From: Geotalea uraniireducens Rf4
GTDB lineage: Bacteria > Desulfobacterota > Desulfuromonadia > Geobacterales > Geobacteraceae
Reading direction: 5' to 3'
DNA length: 32,000 nucleotides
Assembly: GCF_000016745.1 (NCBI RefSeq)
Contig: NC_009483.1
Location: 2,700,001 to 2,732,000, forward strand
The notes under the pieces were generated by a model. It made no database searches and was not told where the DNA came from. It was given only the letters and a program-made list of their open reading frames with translations. Below are positions 8,997-16,146 of this stretch, one piece after another. Each line of letters starts with the position of its first letter. The stretch's first letter is position 1. The position numbers and the translations under genes are program-made.

Positions 8997-9816
8997 CTGT
9001 CTTTTTCCTGCTTGTAATGGAGAACACTGCAAACAACAATGCAAAGCCAAGCGCGAATATTACCAGCCCTGAAAATTCATGTAGAAACCCCCTGGCTACT
9101 CTGTCTCCGTAAAAGTGGGCCAGGATTCCGGTGCCTGTCACACGGACGATGTTGGCCACCAAGGCGATCGGTATTGCAGCCCCAACGAGAAGAACTTTTC
9201 TCCACCATCCATCTTCGGACAAATAGCAGAACAGGAGGGCGAGCATTGTCAATGCCGTGATCGATCTGATGCCGCTGCAAGCCTCGGCGACCTCAAGCTT
9301 GGTCTGCACGAAATTGAGCATATTCCCTTCCCGGTAGACCGGTATGGAACAGTAACCGATGAGATTGGCAGAAATGCGGGTCGCCATGAGTTGCAGCGGC
9401 ATGGAGACAAGACTCATCAATGAGTATGGAACAGGAACCATGAAAAGCAGAAAGCCTATCGGGAAGGCGAGGATACGGATAGACCCGCTTCCGAGGCAGA
9501 ACCAGATAAGCCCGAATAGAGATGACACCATGGCGATTCTGGCCGGAAATGCGGTTCCGCCCGCATAGCTTGCAACATAAACAATCAAACTGGCTGCAAG
9601 GATTGCCCCCCCCCATGCCGAACTGTCAATGGGCGTGGACTGCAATTCCCCTTTTTTTTGCCAGACAAAGAACAATACGATAAAGGGCACGATGAAGGCG
9701 TGGGAGTTGTCGGAATGGCTGAGCCAATCACGAACCAATTCCGGGTATATCGGGCTAAAAACCGCTACCCATAACAAAAGAAGCATCGATATTTTTATCT
9801 TGTCGCTTTTTGACAT
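8983..9816 (-). CDS. Exosortase (EpsH/Xrt family transpeptidase)
   Basis: 277-aa polytopic membrane ORF with the three exosortase catalytic motifs in order: VAEACSGIRS (Cys), ANIVRVTG (Arg) and LHEFSGLV (His). The N-terminus YPELVRDWLSHSDNSHAFIVPF is also typical. Confidence 0.9.
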   Translation of the reverse strand: MSKSDKIKISMLLLLWVAVFSPIYPELVRDWLSHSDNSHAFIVPFIVLFFVWQKKGELQSTPIDSSAWGGAILAASLIVYVASYAGGTAFPARIAMVSSLFGLIWFCLGSGSIRILAFPIGFLLFMVPVPYSLMSLVSMPLQLMATRISANLIGYCSIPVYREGNMLNFVQTKLEVAEACSGIRSITALTMLALLFCYLSEDGWWRKVLLVGAAIPIALVANIVRVTGTGILAHFYGDRVARGFLHEFSGLVIFALGFALLFAVFSITSRKKTDDIR

Positions 9817-9838
9817 AGGATAAGTCCGATTTGCTCGT

Positions 9839-11026
9839 TTAGATCAGTAACGGCCCGATCTTTTGAATGTCACAATCGCTTACAAAAGGATGCACAGGCA
9901 AAGCGACAATTCTTTCGGCAATATCTTTAGCTACCGGAAAGCTGTTTCCATTGGAGAGGTATGCAAGTTTGGCGATTCCATCGATAGAATCCGGGTATCC
10001 GCCTGATATCCCCAATCCCATACTCTCGCTTATCCGGAGGATCTTTTTCTTTGTTTCAACATCCGCAAGCAGAACCGGATACCTGATCAAACCAGGGATC
10101 ACAGCCCCAAGGACAGCCGGGAGAGTGATCCCGTAACCGGCAATTTTCCGCGCATTTTTCAACCGGACTTCCTTGAGTTCGCCAATTTTCTTCTTCCATC
10201 CTTTTGCCACCCCTGCCTGGAACGACGACAGCCTCCTGATCGGAAAGGATGGATCGAAATGCGTTTCTCCAAGTTTTAAAAACGGCAAGGATTTCGGTAG
10301 CCAGTAGACCCAGGGGTGAATGAGGAGCGACAGTGCAACCGCATATAGGATCACTTTCAGGCAATCGAAAGCCCCATATCCGGCGATAGCGCCCATACGT
10401 TTCTCGATTGCCCGCCCGATCAAATCGTTGTCCGTGAGGATTATGCCTCCCTCCACTGTTGAGAATGCCTTGCCTCGGCCCATGCTGAACAGCCCCACAT
10501 CGCCCAGTGTCCCCATCTTCTTGCCGTTCCATTCCGCGCCCATGGCCTGGGCGGCATCTTCCACGACAAATATGCCGCGATGGTTGACCAGCCTCTTTAC
10601 CCGTTCCGCATCAGCCGGCAAACCGAACAAATGGGTGGGAATTACGCACAGTATCCGGGGATTCTCCAGTTGTTCCTCAAGACGGTCAAAATCAAAATCG
10701 AGTGTCCCGGACGCCAAATCGCACAAGCGGACCTTGAGCCCGGCCCTTACAATCGCCGAAGGAACGGAATAACATGTATAGGCCGGGATCAGAACTTCGT
10801 CTCTCTCCGGTGAGAGCTCATTCAGCGCTTGAAGGATCAGGACAAGGGCAGCCTTTCCCGACGAAACGGCAAAACAGTGCCTGACACCATAAACCTCCTT
10901 GAGCTCCTCCTCGAACCTTCCGACCGTTATTACCCCCTCGAAAAGTCCGGCCCAGCCGGATATGATATCCTTGAAATGGAGCGGAGCCGCCGCCGGGGGG
11001 AGAGTTCTTCCGATATGCATTGCCAT
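9839..11026 (-). CDS. DegT/DnrJ/EryC1/StrS-family PLP aminotransferase
   Basis: The track ORF starts at a TTG (11044). I prefer ATG 11026 (MAMHIGR) with GGAG 6 nt upstream. Motifs: AVSSGKAALVL, VVEDAAQAMGA and FSMGRGKAFSTVEGG (PLP lysine). Confidence 0.85.
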   Translation of the reverse strand: MAMHIGRTLPPAAAPLHFKDIISGWAGLFEGVITVGRFEEELKEVYGVRHCFAVSSGKAALVLILQALNELSPERDEVLIPAYTCYSVPSAIVRAGLKVRLCDLASGTLDFDFDRLEEQLENPRILCVIPTHLFGLPADAERVKRLVNHRGIFVVEDAAQAMGAEWNGKKMGTLGDVGLFSMGRGKAFSTVEGGIILTDNDLIGRAIEKRMGAIAGYGAFDCLKVILYAVALSLLIHPWVYWLPKSLPFLKLGETHFDPSFPIRRLSSFQAGVAKGWKKKIGELKEVRLKNARKIAGYGITLPAVLGAVIPGLIRYPVLLADVETKKKILRISESMGLGISGGYPDSIDGIAKLAYLSNGNSFPVAKDIAERIVALPVHPFVSDCDIQKIGPLLI

Positions 11027-11048
11027 GGTGAACTCCGAACTCAAAGCA

Positions 11049-12086
11049 TCAGGGAATGCTTTTTACGATCCGCGGCCCGAGAACCTTCGTCACCGTCACC
11101 GGCAGTTGCTGCCAAACCTTTATGGCCAGCCGGTACTTCGGATTGCCAGGATTCAGTTCCGGAACGTGCTTCCCTTTTTCCAGCAGATACTGCCAGTAGA
11201 GCTGAACGGGCTTGGCTCCCCACTGCTTCTTGAAACGGTAAGTCCCCTCCCCCGGAGTCGATCGGCCGAAGTCGAATTTCCTGGCCCCTTTCCTGATGGC
11301 GAACCTGATGGCCTCCCAATAGAGGAGATTGTTCGGGCATTTTTCCCGGTAGTCGATAATCGACGATGCCCACGGGACTTCCAGGCTATCTCTGAACCAG
11401 ATCAACAAACCGGAAGCGACCGTTTTCCCTTCCAGCATCACCGAAATGATGCGGGAAGTATCTGGGAAAGTCTCAAGGATATTGCGGAAGAAACCCTTGC
11501 TGTACACAGGCGTACCCAGATCTCTCATGTTCCGGCAAAAAACCGCGTAAAACCCGTCCAGCAGTTCCATGTGCCCCGTTATGGTCTGCAATCCGCACTT
11601 TTCCGCTTTGCGTACCTGGTTTCGTACCTTGGCATCTAGCGCCTTCCACTGGGTTTCCTCGTCCTGCTCCAGGTCGAGAATCATGGTTACCTTGTGCTGT
11701 TTCGTCGCAAGCTCTTCTTCGCAGATATGGAGATGACGCAACTCCGCATGGTCGGCACGGACATCCCGGAGCATGCATCGAGCCATGTTCAGCAGAGTTG
11801 CGCCGGCATTGTCTTCACTACACAACAATCCGCCGTAATTAAAAAATGGCAGTGAAACAAGGAAGCTGCCGAACAGCATGCTTTTCATGTGAACGAGCGG
11901 CAAGACCCCACAAATTTCATTGTTGCTGTTTCTGGCAACCAGGTAATAGACCATATGCCCGAAACTCTTTTCGATAACATTGCGCCAGCCGTACAGGTGA
12001 TAATTGGTACTGTGCCGATGGGAAGCAACAAAGGCGTCCCACGCTGTTCCGTCTTCGTTGTAATGTTGAACAGTCATGTCCATCAT
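11049..12086 (-). CDS. FemAB-family protein, PEP-CTERM/exosortase-system-associated type
   Basis: 345-aa ORF. WDAFVASHRHSTNYHLYGWRNVIEKSFGHMVYYLVA...GVLPLVHMKSMLFGSFLVSLPFFNYGG...FDFGRSTPGEGTYRFKKQWGA. This resembles the FemAB-related family found next to exosortase genes (TIGR03019, from memory). Confidence 0.8.
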   Translation of the reverse strand: MMDMTVQHYNEDGTAWDAFVASHRHSTNYHLYGWRNVIEKSFGHMVYYLVARNSNNEICGVLPLVHMKSMLFGSFLVSLPFFNYGGLLCSEDNAGATLLNMARCMLRDVRADHAELRHLHICEEELATKQHKVTMILDLEQDEETQWKALDAKVRNQVRKAEKCGLQTITGHMELLDGFYAVFCRNMRDLGTPVYSKGFFRNILETFPDTSRIISVMLEGKTVASGLLIWFRDSLEVPWASSIIDYREKCPNNLLYWEAIRFAIRKGARKFDFGRSTPGEGTYRFKKQWGAKPVQLYWQYLLEKGKHVPELNPGNPKYRLAIKVWQQLPVTVTKVLGPRIVKSIP

Positions 12087-12096
12087 CTTCTCCCGC

Positions 12097-13068
12097 TCAC
12101 GACTTTAACTGCAGCGATAAACAAGCATCAGCCAGCTCTTGCTTGGTTTTTCTGAGAACCCGGAATAAAGGATCCGGCATGGAAAAGATAATAAAATACA
12201 GAATGTCCTTGAGGCAAAAGGGATGCTTCCGAAGAACCGCCAACATAAGACATCTGGCCTTGGTCCGGTTTTCTACGATGTAATAGTAACCATAAGCGAA
12301 TCTCTTCAAAGTATGATGCAAGTTGAAGCCAAATGCCGCATAGAACTCCCGATCAGTCAGTTTCGGAGATTCAATATGTTGAGAAATCAACTTATTAAAG
12401 ACGTAATGATGAGCTTTCAAGTGCTTGTCCAGGTTTTGTGAAATGCCCGAGTTGCGTACTCGATAAGATACAAGAGTTCCCGGACAGAACATCACGTCAA
12501 AATTTCCGGATATCCGTAACCACAAATCATAGTCCTCACAGGATATGCACTCCCTGGTTTCATCGAACAAACCAATTTTTTCAAACACTTCTCTTCTTAT
12601 CAAAGTGGCGGAAGGAGTGCCTATCCTGTTCTTCGTCAGGAATTCCCGGTAAACGCTGCCGCTGGGAAATTCCGTTGGGGCTTCATTGGGAATCACTCTT
12701 CCCTGTTCGTCGATCAGCTCCTGATACGAATAAACCAGGCCGCATTCGGGATTTTCAATCATGCGCTGCACTTGTACAGCAGTTTTTGTTGGATGCCACA
12801 TATCGTCATCATCCAATAACGCAATCAAGTCTCCTTTTGCGATGGAAATACCATGATTGCGGGCTGCTGCGGGACCGGCATTCTCCTGGCGCACATACTT
12901 GACCTTCGGGAAGAACGGAGCCAATATTTTTTCGATATCCGCCTCGGATCCATCGTCAACAACAATGATTTCCAGCAATTCGTACGTTTGCGTCAGTGCG
13001 GATTGCACGGCATCTACGAGGTAGCGCGTACCGTTGTATGTTGGAATGACGGCAGATACACTAACCAT
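12097..13068 (-). CDS. Glycosyltransferase family 2
   Basis: The track ORF starts at GTG 13107. ATG 13068 (MVSVSAVIPTYNG) has GGGAG 7 nt upstream. Motifs VSAVIPTYNGTRYLVDAVQSALTQTYELLEIIVVDDGS and LLDDDD. Confidence 0.85.
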   Translation of the reverse strand: MVSVSAVIPTYNGTRYLVDAVQSALTQTYELLEIIVVDDGSEADIEKILAPFFPKVKYVRQENAGPAAARNHGISIAKGDLIALLDDDDMWHPTKTAVQVQRMIENPECGLVYSYQELIDEQGRVIPNEAPTEFPSGSVYREFLTKNRIGTPSATLIRREVFEKIGLFDETRECISCEDYDLWLRISGNFDVMFCPGTLVSYRVRNSGISQNLDKHLKAHHYVFNKLISQHIESPKLTDREFYAAFGFNLHHTLKRFAYGYYYIVENRTKARCLMLAVLRKHPFCLKDILYFIIFSMPDPLFRVLRKTKQELADACLSLQLKS

Positions 13069-13129
13069 ATCCACACTCCCATTTGAACGGCCCCGGATCT
13101 TTTCCACAAAACAGGTCCGCTATTCGCTC

Positions 13130-14236
13130 TCAAATTTCCGAAAATCTGTCCTCGCTTTGCCATTTTCTCGTTATGAATTCATTCGATATTTCATTACGTA
13201 AAATTTCAAGGTAAGCCCTTCCAAATTTCAAATCCGGCTCGAGATGATTTCCTTCCGCCCATTCGTTCCATGATTTTATAAAAACAAGTTTGCGTTCGTC
13301 AGGTTTATCTCTCGATATTTCCAAGGCTTTTTTGACATGTTTTCTAAATGCTTCCGGGGTTGAATCATGAAGAACAAGGCCGTTGGATTTGCTCCTTGGC
13401 GTATTGTCCCAGTTTGGCAATAAACAGGGATAATTATCCCCATGTGCAATCTTGATCGGTTGCAAATCCGCAAAATCCTTTTCGTAGGAAAAAATAGCGG
13501 GTTTTCCTGTTTTGACTTGATATTGCTTGATCATCCATTTTATAGGCGTACGACGTGTGATCCAGGGTATGGAAGGATGACGCGATATTACATACGCATC
13601 GAATCCAAGCTGCTGCGGAATCCAATCAGGCTCTTCGGTCACTCCGACCAGATACAAACCCTTCAAACCAGCCTTTACCGCCATTTCCCTCCAGAAACCA
13701 ATGACCCGCATGGGATCAGGTATTTCCTTGGGTCGGAATATCAGAAAGAGAGGCTTACCATCAACTGTTACATAACGTCTATCCGTGAAAGCCTTTAATA
13801 ACTCCTGAAAGTGGCTGCTATAGTCGTCGAATCCGGGATAGGTTTGCTCGACTAATATTCTGTTCGGAGCACCATGCCAAATTCCAGTCCATGATTGGTT
13901 AGCCCAACAAAGACAAAAGGGAAAATCGGGTTCTCCCGATGCCAGAACCTCGTTAAAAGGTCTTTCGAGCAATCTTCTTCCAGCAAACCAGTAGTGATAA
14001 TAACAAAATGCCTCTATGCCATATTCTCTTGCCATTTCAGCTTGTGCAGCTCTTGTTTCAGGCACCCTTAAATCATAAAAACCCAAATCAGCGGGGATAT
14101 GCGGCTGGTAATGACCGCGGAACAATGGCTTTGCCTTTGCCACGTTTGTCCATTCGGTGAAACCTTTACCCCACCACGTGTCGTTTTCCGGGATTGGATG
14201 ATATTGGGGCAGATAAAATGCGATCAATCTGGCCAT
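13130..14236 (-). CDS. WbsX-like glycosyltransferase/glycosidase family protein
   Basis: I placed the start at ATG 14236 (MARLIAFYLPQYHPIPENDTWWGKGFTEWTNV), which avoids overlap with the upstream gene. The FYLPQYH..END.WWG.GFTEW motif is characteristic of the Glyco_tran_WbsX family. Confidence 0.8.
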   Translation of the reverse strand: MARLIAFYLPQYHPIPENDTWWGKGFTEWTNVAKAKPLFRGHYQPHIPADLGFYDLRVPETRAAQAEMAREYGIEAFCYYHYWFAGRRLLERPFNEVLASGEPDFPFCLCWANQSWTGIWHGAPNRILVEQTYPGFDDYSSHFQELLKAFTDRRYVTVDGKPLFLIFRPKEIPDPMRVIGFWREMAVKAGLKGLYLVGVTEEPDWIPQQLGFDAYVISRHPSIPWITRRTPIKWMIKQYQVKTGKPAIFSYEKDFADLQPIKIAHGDNYPCLLPNWDNTPRSKSNGLVLHDSTPEAFRKHVKKALEISRDKPDERKLVFIKSWNEWAEGNHLEPDLKFGRAYLEILRNEISNEFITRKWQSEDRFSEI

Positions 14237-14261
14237 AAGAATCCCTCTGAAGAGCAATCTT

Positions 14262-15149
14262 TCAGTCAAATATCCGCTGTATTCGCCAGGGGACCATCTC
14301 GTTGTACATCTTTTTAACAACCGGGTGGCATCTCTTCATTAACCTCATTATCGGGCTCACATCCCGGTAAAGGCATCTTATCTGCTTCTTTCTGACATTG
14401 AGCTTCTTAACCACTTCATTGTTTGATTTATTCTTCTGAATTTGCTTATCGATTGCCAAAAGGTAACCCTTTCTCATCTTAAGCTTGTTTACGCACATGG
14501 ATTCTCTTCTCCTCCGGTAATTGGCGAGTGGCATTTCAATGAAAACGACCTTGGGATCGAGTGCGAACACATTCATCCAGCATTCCCAGTCCTCATGATT
14601 CGGCAGGTTTTCATCGAAGGCTACTCCATATTCCCGAAAAATAGCGGCATCAAACAAGAAGCAATGGGGTGGTATGCACAACTCTGTTTCCCATTTCATC
14701 ATCAGGTCATCAAATGGCTTCTCGTCCTGCAATACGGGACTCATTCTTTCTCCGTACGTTATTGTCATGTCACCGATAGTGCTGAAAATATAATCGCAAT
14801 AAGCCACCGCAATACCGGAGATATTCTTTATTTGTTCCAGTTGTAAACTGATCTTGCGGTCGTAAATCAGATCATCCGCATCAAGAAATTGCAGATATTT
14901 CCCGGAGGCATGCCTTATGCCGGTATTTCTTGCACTGGAAAGGCCTTTATTTTCCTGATAAAGGTATTTGATTCTGCTCCCATATTTCTCTTTCAACAAT
15001 CCTCCAGTACCATCGGAAGATCCGTCATCGACAACTATGATTTCCAGATTATCGTATGCTTGATTCAATGAGCAGTCGATGGCATCGCACACCACTTCGC
15101 TGTCATTATAGGTTGGTATGATTATGCTTATCAGTGGGGATCGTTTCAT
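14262..15149 (-). CDS. Glycosyltransferase family 2
   Basis: 295-aa ORF. LISIIIPTYNDSEVVCDAIDCSLNQAYDNLEIIVVDDGSSDGT and FLDADD. Confidence 0.9.
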   Translation of the reverse strand: MKRSPLISIIIPTYNDSEVVCDAIDCSLNQAYDNLEIIVVDDGSSDGTGGLLKEKYGSRIKYLYQENKGLSSARNTGIRHASGKYLQFLDADDLIYDRKISLQLEQIKNISGIAVAYCDYIFSTIGDMTITYGERMSPVLQDEKPFDDLMMKWETELCIPPHCFLFDAAIFREYGVAFDENLPNHEDWECWMNVFALDPKVVFIEMPLANYRRRRESMCVNKLKMRKGYLLAIDKQIQKNKSNNEVVKKLNVRKKQIRCLYRDVSPIMRLMKRCHPVVKKMYNEMVPWRIQRIFD

Positions 15150-15167
15150 TTTCTCACTAATCTCCTC

Positions 15168-16118
15168 TTATTCCCAAGTCATTGGTTCGAGTTTCAGGGA
15201 TTTCAGCAGTTTATATAGTGCGGGAACATACAATCTCAATAACAACTTGAACGATCTTGTGCTCATTACAAAGTACTTTGTGACAGATCTCACGGCGAAT
15301 TCTTTAGCCTTGGTCAATTTACCCATATCTTCATATTGTTCGGCTACATCAACATGCCGTTCGTGTAAAATACGTTTAATAATTCTCTTATATTTACTCT
15401 CCAGTAAATCGTAAAATTTTTCATAAACCTCAATATTTGCTTTATTTTTTTCTTCCCAGTTTTGCCTTATTCCAAACCACATTCCGGTCTGATGGATCAC
15501 GTAAACCCCCATAATTTCGTTAATGTAGCCAATCTTCCCATACAGTGCATGCAAAATATCAACGGGCCAATCCCCCATTTTCAATGAACAAATCCAATGC
15601 GGGACGTGATCCAATAGCCCTCTGCGATACATCTTTGAACAAGTCGGAATAATGTTGCCTTTTTCCAGTAAATCCTCGACGGTAGAGAATTCTTTTTGAC
15701 CGGGAGGGCAATAAACATGGCATTCATGGGATCCGTCCTTATAAAACATCAAAACATTATGAAAACAAATCACACATTCAGGATGATTATCCAGGAAATC
15801 CACCTGCTTCTGCAATTTGTAAGGAGATGTCCAATAGTCATCACCATCAAGCACAGCCACATATTCGCCTGTGCAGGATCCGAAAGTTTGCTCAGCGTTT
15901 CTATTTGCTCCAATATTTTTTTCATTCAATAACAATCTGAATTTATCAGGATATTTTTTTTGATAGTCACTGACGATATTGCGGGTATTATCGGTAGAGC
16001 AATCTTCGCCAATTACTATTTCATAGTCAAAGTTAGTCCTTTGCATCATGACACTATCTATCGCCTTCGCTATAAATTCCTCGTGATTGTATGTTATCAT
16101 TGCTACGCTTACTTTCAT
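15168..16118 (-). CDS. Glycosyltransferase family 2
   Basis: 316-aa ORF. VSVAMITYNHEEFIAKAIDSVMMQRTNFDYEIVIGEDCSTDNT and LDGDDYW. Confidence 0.9.
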   Translation of the reverse strand: MKVSVAMITYNHEEFIAKAIDSVMMQRTNFDYEIVIGEDCSTDNTRNIVSDYQKKYPDKFRLLLNEKNIGANRNAEQTFGSCTGEYVAVLDGDDYWTSPYKLQKQVDFLDNHPECVICFHNVLMFYKDGSHECHVYCPPGQKEFSTVEDLLEKGNIIPTCSKMYRRGLLDHVPHWICSLKMGDWPVDILHALYGKIGYINEIMGVYVIHQTGMWFGIRQNWEEKNKANIEVYEKFYDLLESKYKRIIKRILHERHVDVAEQYEDMGKLTKAKEFAVRSVTKYFVMSTRSFKLLLRLYVPALYKLLKSLKLEPMTWE

Positions 16119-16146
16119 GGGGCCTCTCTATTTTGAGTGGTTCATG

